From assembly GCA_964196605.1 (NCBI GenBank), contig CAXMUQ010000047.1:827-24826 (forward strand): a DNA stretch of 24,000 nucleotides, given 5' to 3'. The position numbers and the translations under genes are program-made. The stretch comes from an uncultured Acidimicrobiia bacterium. GTDB taxonomy: Bacteria > Gemmatimonadota > Gemmatimonadetes > Gemmatimonadales > GWC2-71-9. Positions 1 through 6,977 of this stretch are shown piece after piece (position 1 is the first letter of the stretch; each line of letters opens with the position of its first letter). The notes under the pieces were generated by a model, which ran no database searches, was not told the DNA's origin, and was given only the letters and a program-made list of their open reading frames with translations.

Positions 1-785
1 CCGGTCCTAATTCGACCAACGGCATGAGCTGCGCGTCGGGAACGATCGCCATTGGGGAAGCCTTCCGTGCCGTCCGGCGGGGAGATGCCGATGTCATGGT
101 GGCAGGCGGTGCCGAGGCTCCGCTGGCACCGCTGAGTTTCGGGGCCTTTGCCATTATCCGGGCTATGTCGACCCGCAACGACGACCCTGGATCGGCCAGT
201 CGCCCCTTCGACATCGGTCGCGACGGGTTCGTCATGGGTGAGGGCGCCGCCGTCCTGGTGCTGGAAGAGCGACAACACGCCGTGGCCAGGGGAGCGCCAA
301 CGTATGCCGAGGTGCTGGGCTTCGGAACCAGCAACGATGCCCATCACATGACCGCGCCCCGACCGGATGGCAGCCAGGCAGCACGGTCGATCCAGATGGC
401 GCTGGGCGATGCTGCGGTCAACCCTGGCGAGGTGAGTTACATCAACGCCCACGGCTCTTCCACACCACTCAACGATCCCACGGAAGTGGCTGCCATCAAA
501 CGGGTGTTTGGCGATTACGCCTTCCGAATTGCCCTGAGCGGTACCAAGGGCTACTACGGCCACGCGCTAGGCGCCAGCGGCGCCATCGAGGCGGCCATCT
601 GTGCCCTGGTGACAGCACGTGGGTGGCTCCCACCGACGGTCAACCTGACAACGCCCGATCCGGCATGCGATCTCGACATCGTCACCGGTCCGGGCCGTAT
701 AGCATCGCCATCCGTCACCTTGAGCAATTCGTTCGGCTTTGGCGGCATCAATGCCGCCTTGGTCTTCCGGCACCTGGACAGCTAG
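1..785 (+). CDS. fabF: beta-ketoacyl-ACP synthase II (KAS II), 5'-truncated at window edge
   Basis: The frame of track ORF 24..785 stays open back to base 3 (GPNSTNG-MSCASG), so the N-terminus lies outside the window. Active-site Cys context SCASG, His motifs HHMTAP and NAHGSSTP, and the C-terminal NSFGFGGINAALVF are condensing-enzyme hallmarks. Confidence 0.9.
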   Translation, partial: GPNSTNGMSCASGTIAIGEAFRAVRRGDADVMVAGGAEAPLAPLSFGAFAIIRAMSTRNDDPGSASRPFDIGRDGFVMGEGAAVLVLEERQHAVARGAPTYAEVLGFGTSNDAHHMTAPRPDGSQAARSIQMALGDAAVNPGEVSYINAHGSSTPLNDPTEVAAIKRVFGDYAFRIALSGTKGYYGHALGASGAIEAAICALVTARGWLPPTVNLTTPDPACDLDIVTGPGRIASPSVTLSNSFGFGGINAALVFRHLDS

Positions 786-858
786 GGGTTACGCCGTGTC
801 GCAAGTTCCTCTAGATTCGCGCGTCAATCGTTCATAACTCATAGTCTGAGGCACCCCA

Positions 859-1548
859 ATGGCTACACTCACGCGCCGTTTAGCTGCGGAGGCGCTCGGC
901 ACCTTCGGTCTCGTGTTCATCGGCAGCGCCGTCGTGGTGGTCAACGCGTTCCCCAATGGCGATTCCGGAATACTGGGGATAGCGGTCGCACACGCGTTCG
1001 TCCTTGCTATCATGATCACGGCCACCATGAACATTTCCGGAGGCCACCTGAATCCCGCCGTCACCCTTGGGCTCCTGGTGGCGCGGAAGATCGACCTGCG
1101 CACCGCCCTCCCCTACATTGCCGCCCAGCTCGCCGGCGCCGTGTTGGGAGCGCTGTTAGTCAAGTACGCCATCCCGTCGAACGTCGGCCGTATTCTGAGC
1201 TACGGTACACCAGTCATCGCCAGTTCCGTCACCATGGCGCAGGCCATCACCCTCGAGGCCGTGTTGACATTCTTCCTGGTCAGCGCGGTGTTCGGCACCG
1301 CCGTATCGCCAGAAGCTCCCAAGGTGGGCGGGTTCGGCATCGGCCTGGTGCTGCTGTTTGCTATCCTGGTAGGTGGCCCCCTCTCGGGAGCGGCGCTGAA
1401 TCCGGCGCGCGCCTTCGGCCCGGCCCTGGTGTCGGGCAATTGGTTGGGACAAGCAGTGTGGTGGGTGGGCCCACTGCTTGGTGGTCTTGCAGCGGGCGTC
1501 CTGTGGAAGTTGGTGCTCCTCCCACCGGAAAACACCCCAGAGAGCTGA
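859..1548 (+). CDS. aqpZ: MIP-family aquaporin (AqpZ-like water channel)
   Basis: 229 aa with about 6 hydrophobic segments. Two canonical NPA boxes (HLNPAVTLG and ALNPARAFGP). The size is typical of AqpZ rather than GlpF. Confidence 0.88.
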   Translation: MATLTRRLAAEALGTFGLVFIGSAVVVVNAFPNGDSGILGIAVAHAFVLAIMITATMNISGGHLNPAVTLGLLVARKIDLRTALPYIAAQLAGAVLGALLVKYAIPSNVGRILSYGTPVIASSVTMAQAITLEAVLTFFLVSAVFGTAVSPEAPKVGGFGIGLVLLFAILVGGPLSGAALNPARAFGPALVSGNWLGQAVWWVGPLLGGLAAGVLWKLVLLPPENTPES

Positions 1549-1553
1549 ACGAG

Positions 1554-1586
1554 GAAGAGGGCCGGGAAACATCCCCGGCCCTCTTC
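1554..1586. terminator. Perfect 13-bp GC-rich hairpin between convergent aquaporin and ccmD-like genes (candidate bidirectional terminator, no U-tract)
   Basis: gaagagggccggg (1554-1566) and cccggccctcttc (1574-1586) are exact reverse complements with a 7-nt loop. The hairpin sits in the 54-nt gap between two convergent stop codons. No T-run follows on either strand, so intrinsic-terminator function is inferred only. Confidence 0.5.
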
Positions 1587-1602
1587 ACGGCGTGTTGCTT
1601 GA

Positions 1603-1719
1603 CTATCGGTCCTTGCGAAGGGCGCGCAGCCCCTTGGTGAGCAGACTCCCACCGTACAGGAGGTAGACCACCGCGGCCACGACGTAGGCCGCAATCATGT
1701 AACTGGTATTTTCCGGCAT
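1603..1719 (-). CDS. ccmD: CcmD-like small heme exporter membrane protein (38 aa, below ORF-track cutoff)
   Basis: Hand translation gives MPENTSYMIAAYVVAAVVYLLYGGSLLTKGLRALRKDR*. That is one TM helix followed by a basic tail, which is the CcmD architecture. The ATG lies 1 nt after the ccmC stop (TGAcATG). A GAGGAG Shine-Dalgarno sits inside the last ccmC codons, 7 nt upstream. Confidence 0.6.
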   Translation of the reverse strand: MPENTSYMIAAYVVAAVVYLLYGGSLLTKGLRALRKDR

Positions 1720-1720
1720 G

Positions 1721-2416
1721 TCAGTTCTCCTCGTCGCGTTCAGCCACGGCGTGCCGGGCCAGACCGTAACGCAGCACTACGAACCCCAAATACAATACCG
1801 AAGCTGCCAGAAATCCAAGCAGCAGGGTCCGCAGCATCACCGGAGGCAAAGAGGGAGCAGACGCCTTGAGAACGATGGGCTTGGGGTGCAGCGTCCGGAA
1901 CAGGTAGACACTAAGATGGATGAAGGGCACCAACACCATCCCCATTATCCCCACGACAGCCGAAAACCTGGCCCGTTCGGCCGGGTCATGGATGGCCGAA
2001 CGCAGTGTCATGTATCCCAGAAACAACAGGAACAGGATGAGCGTCAGCGTCAATCGCGCATCCCACGTCCACCAGGTACCCCAAATCGGCTTGCCCCAGA
2101 TGGGTCCGGTAGTCAACATGATGACGCTGAAGACCAGCCCGACTTCGGCCGAGGAGGCGGCGAACGCGTCGAGGCGTTCATCTCTGAGCCATAGGTAGAG
2201 AATGCTGACCAGCCCGACGATGGTGAACGCCATCATGGCGCTCCATGCCGCGGGCACATGTACGTAAAAAATCTTCTGGGCCGCGCCCTGCCTCACCTCG
2301 AACGGAGTGTAGACCAATGCCAGGACGTAGACGATCACCATTGCCGCCAGCCCCAGGGCGGTGAGGGCAAGACCCCATTTGATGATGCCACGACTGCCGC
2401 TGATAGTAGGCTTCAT
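1721..2416 (-). CDS. ccmC: heme exporter protein CcmC
   Basis: Trp-rich signature WGKPIWGTWWTWDARLT (WGxxWxWDxRLT) in a polytopic membrane protein. Preferred start is MKPTISG at 2416, whose ATG overlaps the ccmB stop as ATGA. The track start at 2449 would add 11 residues. Confidence 0.9.
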   Translation of the reverse strand: MKPTISGSRGIIKWGLALTALGLAAMVIVYVLALVYTPFEVRQGAAQKIFYVHVPAAWSAMMAFTIVGLVSILYLWLRDERLDAFAASSAEVGLVFSVIMLTTGPIWGKPIWGTWWTWDARLTLTLILFLLFLGYMTLRSAIHDPAERARFSAVVGIMGMVLVPFIHLSVYLFRTLHPKPIVLKASAPSLPPVMLRTLLLGFLAASVLYLGFVVLRYGLARHAVAERDEEN

Positions 2417-3093
2417 TCGTCGACGACCGCCGGGAAAATTAGAACGCAAAGCGTAATGAACACCACGTCGTACAGAGCAAGAATTCTAAGCCAGCCAATC
2501 ATTTCACTCAATGGACGGCCGGCCAAGAGACGGGTCGTCGTCTGTACCGCTCCGATGAGTGGCGGCACCATGAACGGCAGCAACAACATTGGTAACATCA
2601 ACTCCGAGAAGCGGGTTCGCACCGTCATGGCACTGAACACGGTTCCCACGGCCACGAAACCAATCGTCGCCAGTACCATGAGCCCAAGCAGTCCTGGCAG
2701 GACGCCCCAAACGGGCACGTTGAAGAACAGCACGAACAGCGGGAGCGCCACGGCCTCGACCATGCCGACGAACGCGAGGTTTGAGATCAGCTTGCCCACA
2801 TAGATGGCGCTGCGCGGAACCGGGGCCAGCAAGAGCCCCTCCAGCGCCGCGTTCTCCTTCTCCAGATTGAACCCGCGATTCAGCGTGATCATACCGGCAA
2901 ACGCGAAGGTAATCCACAACACGCTTGGAGCCAGCTCCGTGGTAGACACCAGCGACGCGTCGCGGGCAAAGTTGAAAACGATCAACACCAACGCGGCAAA
3001 CACCACAGCCGAAAGAATGGCCGTCTTGGTACGGACCTCGATGACGATGTCCTTTCCAGCCACCGCCGCAGCAACACGCAGCCAGCTACTCAC
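2413..3093 (-). CDS. ccmB: heme exporter permease CcmB
   Basis: Polytopic membrane protein with CcmB-like segments (NLEKENAALEGLLLAPVPRSAIYVGK), lying between ccmA and ccmC. Preferred start is GTG at 3093, overlapping the ccmA stop (GTGAGTAG) and giving about 226 aa. The track ATG at 3150 would overlap ccmA by 65 nt. Confidence 0.85.
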   Translation of the reverse strand: MSSWLRVAAAVAGKDIVIEVRTKTAILSAVVFAALVLIVFNFARDASLVSTTELAPSVLWITFAFAGMITLNRGFNLEKENAALEGLLLAPVPRSAIYVGKLISNLAFVGMVEAVALPLFVLFFNVPVWGVLPGLLGLMVLATIGFVAVGTVFSAMTVRTRFSELMLPMLLLPFMVPPLIGAVQTTTRLLAGRPLSEMIGWLRILALYDVVFITLCVLIFPAVVDE

Positions 3094-3802
3094 GCAGCCA
3101 ACTCTCGTACTCCGGCAGGAAGGCACCGAGCGAGGGCGGCGGGGACTCACGCATGACGACCGCGCCTTCGATCATCACCACCATGTGACTGGCGATGTCC
3201 CACACTTCGGCGAACTGGTGGCTGACCACTACGGCGCCGTGGCCCTCCGACCGGCGGCGGGCAAGCACATCCTGTATGTGCCTGGCAGCCGGGGCGTCGA
3301 GGCCGGTGAACGGTTCGTCCAGGAGAAGAATCTCAGGGTGCGCCATGAGCGCTCGCGCCAGCGCCACACGTTGCACCATCCCGCGGCTGAGCGACCGCAC
3401 CGGCTCATGGGCCTTGTGCTCGAGCCCAACATCGGCCAGCGCCTCCAGTGCCGCGGCCGGAGGCTCGGCCAAACCGTAGATTCGTGCGGCAAAGGCCAGG
3501 TTTTCTGAGGCCGTCAGATCGTCGTAGAGGAAGGACTGGTGGGAGAGCAGGCCGATCGGCCGGCGGACTTCAGGGTCGGTCGACTTCAAGTCTCGGCCCT
3601 TGACCACCACCTGTCCGGAGGTGGGCCGCACCAGACCGCCGAGCATGCGGAGTAGTGTGGTCTTGCCGGCGCCGTTGGGGCCGAACACAGCGACCAGGTC
3701 GCCGCTGCCTACGGTGACATCGACGCCGCGAACCGCCCGGGTATTTCCGAATCTACGCTCGAGCCCATGGGCTTCGAGTAGGGGGGCGTCAGCCCGCGGC
3801 AT
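3086..3802 (-). CDS. ccmA: ABC transporter ATP-binding protein, CcmA by context
   Basis: Walker A GPNGAGKTT, ABC signature LSRGMVQR, Walker B LLLDEP. Lies directly upstream of ccmB/C/D. Preferred start is MPRADAPLLEAHGLERRFG at 3802, which overlaps the receiver gene stop by 14 nt. The track start at 3847 gives an atypical Ser/Thr-rich extension. Confidence 0.8.
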   Translation of the reverse strand: MPRADAPLLEAHGLERRFGNTRAVRGVDVTVGSGDLVAVFGPNGAGKTTLLRMLGGLVRPTSGQVVVKGRDLKSTDPEVRRPIGLLSHQSFLYDDLTASENLAFAARIYGLAEPPAAALEALADVGLEHKAHEPVRSLSRGMVQRVALARALMAHPEILLLDEPFTGLDAPAARHIQDVLARRRSEGHGAVVVSHQFAEVWDIASHMVVMIEGAVVMRESPPPSLGAFLPEYESWLRE

Positions 3803-4154
3803 CAATGGCAGAGCCCAGGTCGTCGAGGTCGAAAGGCTTGACGACATAGCCGGAATAACCCAGGTCGAGCACTTGTAGTTGGGGCTCGATACTCAGGTAA
3901 GCCGTGGTGATGATTACCGGGAGATCGGGATGCAACGAACGGATCTTTCGAAGCAGTTCGATGCCGTCGGTATCAGGTAACCGCATGTCGAGCACGAGGA
4001 CGTCCGGGGTGCCTGACTCCAGTTGGGCCATGGCGTCGGCGCCAGTGCCCGCGAAATTCATCTCGAATCGCGGTCGAAAGAAACGCTGGTAGCTGATTTG
4101 CAGGGCCTGCTCGTCTTCGACAAACAGGACGCGGAGTCGCTCGGACTTTGCCAT
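3789..4154 (-). CDS. stand-alone response-regulator receiver domain (CheY-like, no output domain)
   Basis: 121 aa. Acidic pocket VEDE, phospho-acceptor context VLVLDMRLPD, conserved T (IITTA) and K (VVKPF). Confidence 0.85.
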   Translation of the reverse strand: MAKSERLRVLFVEDEQALQISYQRFFRPRFEMNFAGTGADAMAQLESGTPDVLVLDMRLPDTDGIELLRKIRSLHPDLPVIITTAYLSIEPQLQVLDLGYSGYVVKPFDLDDLGSAIDAAG

Positions 4155-4246
4155 ATGGTGCCGTCGGTAGACGGGGACTGTGAACTACTTCGAATCCGGC
4201 AAGATAGCCCATGCCGAACCTCCTGAGAAGCCGAACGGCCTCAGCG

Positions 4247-4567
4247 TCAGCCTGCCGAGCTGGCCGGCGCGGACTCGAACAGTTCGTCCAATTTGGTCAG
4301 CATGAGAAGGAACCGAATTTCATCATTGGGGTTTGCCAGTGACACCGACAGGCGACGGTCTGCCGCGTGCCGTTGGATGAGCATGAGCGCCCCCAAACCG
4401 GCGGAATCCACCTTGGCGGTCTTGGCTAGGTCGATTACCAACCGCCCATAGCCTTCACGCATGCCGTCGAGCAACTTGATGGCGTCCTTTCGAACGCGAT
4501 CGCGGGTTTCAAGCCCCAGTGTTTCGGGCGCAGCGTATTGCTGTATTTTTGTGTACCCTGTGGCCAT
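4247..4567 (-). CDS. STAS-domain protein (anti-sigma-factor antagonist / SpoIIAA-RsbV-like)
   Basis: 106 aa. The motif VDSAGLGAL matches the DSSG-type phosphorylatable Ser loop of STAS anti-anti-sigma factors. A GGGAGG Shine-Dalgarno lies 5 nt upstream of the ATG. Confidence 0.75.
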   Translation of the reverse strand: MATGYTKIQQYAAPETLGLETRDRVRKDAIKLLDGMREGYGRLVIDLAKTAKVDSAGLGALMLIQRHAADRRLSVSLANPNDEIRFLLMLTKLDELFESAPASSAG

Positions 4568-4594
4568 CTAAACCTCCCATACCCGACCAGCATA

Positions 4595-4649
4595 GGAAAG
4601 AAGCGTGGCGTCACACGGGTTTCTTTCCGCCGTCGACGTCACGCTTCTT
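4595..4649. promoter_or_regulatory. Mutually exclusive hairpin pair in the STAS/acs intergenic region (candidate leader or sRNA structure)
   Basis: ggaaagaa (4595-4602) can pair with ttctttcc (4621-4628). The overlapping aagaagcgtg (4598-4607) can instead pair with cacgcttctt (4640-4649). The two helices share the same left arm, so they cannot coexist. Confidence 0.3.
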
Positions 4650-4680
4650 CGCGTGGCCATCCACCTTCGGCACCGAGCTA

Positions 4681-4712
4681 TCTCGACACCCGGTCGAGAC
4701 CTTTGGTTTTGC
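4681..4712 (+). terminator. Hairpin plus T-rich tract (terminator-like on + strand) with no upstream + strand CDS
   Basis: tctcgac (4681-4687) pairs with gtcgaga (4693-4699) around a 5-nt loop and is followed by cctttggttttg. A second hairpin follows (cccgga tcac tccggg, 4715-4730). Confidence 0.3.
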
Positions 4713-4934
4713 GGCCCGGATCACTCCGGGTGTGCTCTTATCGGGCGGCAAAAAATTTCAATTGTCCGCAGCCCTACGGACCGGGCCAACCATTGAGGCC
4801 AATTCGGGACCACAACAGGCAACCAACTCAGTCGCAACACGTTAGCCACTAAGAGTGAACTAAATCACCGAAAAGACCCGGGGCGGAACGCCAGCCGGTT
4901 CGGATTCTGCAAATCGCAGCCGCGCAACGGTCTG

Positions 4935-4947
4935 CACCGTAACGGTG
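4935..4947. promoter_or_regulatory. Perfect 13-bp palindrome CACCGTAACGGTG just upstream of the putative acs -35 (candidate operator)
   Basis: caccgt-a-acggtg is an exact palindrome. It is centred about 46 nt upstream of the acs ATG and ends 3 nt before the TTCCCA -35-like hexamer. Confidence 0.3.
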
Positions 4948-4950
4948 GAC

Positions 4951-4979
4951 TTCCCAAACTCTACGGGAAACGCTAACAT
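4951..4979 (+). promoter_or_regulatory. Putative sigma70-type acs promoter placed for a leaderless or near-leaderless mRNA
   Basis: TTCCCA (4951-4956), a 17-nt spacer, TAACAT (4974-4979), then 7 nt to the ATG at 4987. No Shine-Dalgarno lies upstream of this ATG. Confidence 0.35.
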
Positions 4980-4986
4980 CTGCGCC

Positions 4987-6930
4987 ATGACCAGCCAAAT
5001 CGACACCCTACTCGTAGAAACCCGCAGGTTTCCCCCGACAGAAGAATTCGCTGCACAAGCCAACGCAACCGACGCCACATACTCTGCAGCTGCAGAAGAC
5101 AGGGAAGCGTTCTGGGCCGAGCAGGCGGGCTTGCTTGACTGGATCGAACCGTGGCACACGGTGCTTGAGTGGACTCTCCCCCACGCAAAGTGGTTCCTGG
5201 GCGGCAAGCTCAACGTATCCAGCAACTGTCTTGACCGACACGTCGCGGGCGGGCGGGCCGACAAGGCCGCCATCATCTGGGAAGGGGAGCCGGGGGACAC
5301 ACGCACTTTGTCCTACGCGGAGCTGTCCTTAGAGGTCAACCGGTGCGCCAACGCTTTGCGAGATCTCGGAGTGGGCAAGGGCGACCGGGTCGCCATCTAT
5401 CTCCCGATGATCCCCGAAGCCGCCATCGCCATGCTGGCGTGCACTCGTATAGGTGCGGTGCACTCAGTTGTGTTCGGGGGATTCTCGGCCGAGTCGCTGC
5501 GGGATCGTATCAATGACGCGGAGGCCGTCGCGGTGGTCACCGCCGACGGTGGCTATCGCCGCGGCCAGGTGGTTCCGCTCAAGCAGTTTGCCGACGAGGC
5601 CCTGGAGGGTGCACCGTCAATACGCCACGTCCTGGTTGTCCGCCGGATCGGGGAAGATGCCGGTACCGAAATGCGCGAGGGGCGGGACTACTGGTGGCAC
5701 GATGTCGTCGACACCGCCTCCGCCGAGGCGGCACCGGAAACGATGGATGCGGAAGATCTCCTGTTCATCCTGTACACCTCCGGCACCACCGGAAAACCCA
5801 AGGGAATTGTACACACCACCGGGGGCTACCTCACCCAGGCTATCGCCACCACCAAGTACGTGTTCGACCTCAAGGACCAGGACGTGTTCTGGTGCTCGGC
5901 CGACATCGGCTGGGTAACGGGGCATTCGTACGTGGTGTACGGTCCGTTGGCCTACGGCGCCACGGTCGTCATGTATGAAGGATCCCCCGACTGGCCCGAC
6001 CGCGACCGGTTCTGGGCTATGTGCGCCAAGCACGGAGTGACGGTTTTCTACACGGCCCCCACGGCCATCCGTGCCTTCATGAAGTGGGGACCGGAGTTCC
6101 CCGCGCGGCATGACCTTTCGAAACTCCGGCTCCTGGGAACAGTTGGAGAGCCAATCAATCCGGAAGCCTGGATGTGGTACCACGAGCACATCGGACACGG
6201 CAACTGCCCCATCGTAGACACCTGGTGGCAGACCGAGACGGGTGGCTGCATGATCACACCGCTCCCCGGCGTGACCACCACCAAGCCAGGCTCTGCCACG
6301 GTACCATTTCCCGGCATCAGCGCCGAGTTGGTCGACGCGGACGGCAAGCCGCTCGAATCCGGTGGTGGATACCTGACCCTGACCGAGCCGTGGCCTGGGA
6401 TGCTACGCACCATATACGGAGACGACGACCGCTACTACGAGACCTACTGGAGCCGGTTTCCGGGTCGCTACTTTGCCGGCGACGGCGCCAAGCTGGATGA
6501 AGATGGCTACTGGTGGATTCTGGGGCGGGTAGACGACGTCCTGAACGTTTCAGGGCACCGCATCGGTACCATGGAAGTCGAGAGCGCCTTGGTCGACCAC
6601 CAGGCGGTGGCTGAAGCCGCGGTGGTGGGCAAGACCCACGACATCAAGGGCCAGGCCATTGCGGCCTTCGTCACCCTCAAGAGCGGACGAGAGGGCAGCG
6701 ACGACCTGGCGAAAGAACTCAAGCAACACGTAACCCAAAAAATCGGCGCCATCGCCCGTCCGGAGGACATCATCTTCACCGCCGATCTCCCCAAGACCCG
6801 CAGCGGCAAGATCATGCGGCGCCTGTTGCGCGACATTGCTGAAGGCCGAACCCTGGGCGACACCACCACCCTGGCCGACCCAGACGTGGTGAACATGTTG
6901 ATCGAGAAACACGAGGCGGCGGAAGGGTAG
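4987..6930 (+). CDS. acs: acetyl-CoA synthetase (AMP-forming)
   Basis: AMP-binding motif [19 protein letters not shown], and C-terminal [14 protein letters not shown] containing the catalytic/acetylatable Lys. Collinear with Acs over its whole length. Preferred start is ATG 4987 ([17 protein letters not shown], 647 aa). The track start at 4945 is a GTG. Confidence 0.95.
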   Translation: MTSQIDTLLVETRRFPPTEEFAAQANATDATYSAAAEDREAFWAEQAGLLDWIEPWHTVLEWTLPHAKWFLGGKLNVSSNCLDRHVAGGRADKAAIIWEGEPGDTRTLSYAELSLEVNRCANALRDLGVGKGDRVAIYLPMIPEAAIAMLACTRIGAVHSVVFGGFSAESLRDRINDAEAVAVVTADGGYRRGQVVPLKQFADEALEGAPSIRHVLVVRRIGEDAGTEMREGRDYWWHDVVDTASAEAAPETMDAEDLLFILYTSGTTGKPKGIVHTTGGYLTQAIATTKYVFDLKDQDVFWCSADIGWVTGHSYVVYGPLAYGATVVMYEGSPDWPDRDRFWAMCAKHGVTVFYTAPTAIRAFMKWGPEFPARHDLSKLRLLGTVGEPINPEAWMWYHEHIGHGNCPIVDTWWQTETGGCMITPLPGVTTTKPGSATVPFPGISAELVDADGKPLESGGGYLTLTEPWPGMLRTIYGDDDRYYETYWSRFPGRYFAGDGAKLDEDGYWWILGRVDDVLNVSGHRIGTMEVESALVDHQAVAEAAVVGKTHDIKGQAIAAFVTLKSGREGSDDLAKELKQHVTQKIGAIARPEDIIFTADLPKTRSGKIMRRLLRDIAEGRTLGDTTTLADPDVVNMLIEKHEAAEG

Positions 6931-6977
6931 GAAGAGCGGCGGCGGCGCCCCTCCGCGCTACGCAACTACCGCGCCCT

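Noticed and set aside
1200-1694. 164-aa minus-strand ORF spanning the aquaporin 3' half and the ccmD-like region
   Set aside because: It is antisense to the NPA-containing aquaporin and is Pro/Arg/Ser-rich. The short ccmD-like ORF in a different frame, with a Shine-Dalgarno and TM helix, explains the 1603-1719 segment better.
3973-4212. 79-aa minus-strand ORF with a perfect AGGAGG Shine-Dalgarno 6 nt before its ATG, in the STAS-receiver gap
   Set aside because: It is out of frame with, and overlaps, the first roughly 60 codons of a well-supported receiver domain. After about 18 residues the translation becomes Arg/Pro junk. The Shine-Dalgarno-like hexamer also forms part of the hairpin just after the STAS stop. 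A short regulatory uORF cannot be excluded, but I cannot support it.
4749-4764. A/T patch CAAAAAATTTCAATTG as the promoter of the STAS operon (TTGAAA on the minus strand)
   Set aside because: No acceptable -10 hexamer occurs at a 16-18-nt spacing; the best is TAAGAG at 15 nt. It is left as part of the unexplained intergenic region.
4519-4852. Three overlapping + strand ORFs (108, 104 and 63 aa) filling the STAS/acs gap
   Set aside because: All three frames are open simply because stops are rare here. The translations are Arg/Pro/Ser-rich with no Shine-Dalgarno, no motif and no plausible fold. The region is better explained as non-coding structured DNA/RNA.
6931-6977. GC-rich run (GCGGCGGCGGCGCCCCTCCGCGC) between convergent acs and kup as a terminator
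   Set aside because: I could only build 4-5-bp stems with poor loops and no T-tract, so there is not enough to call a terminator.
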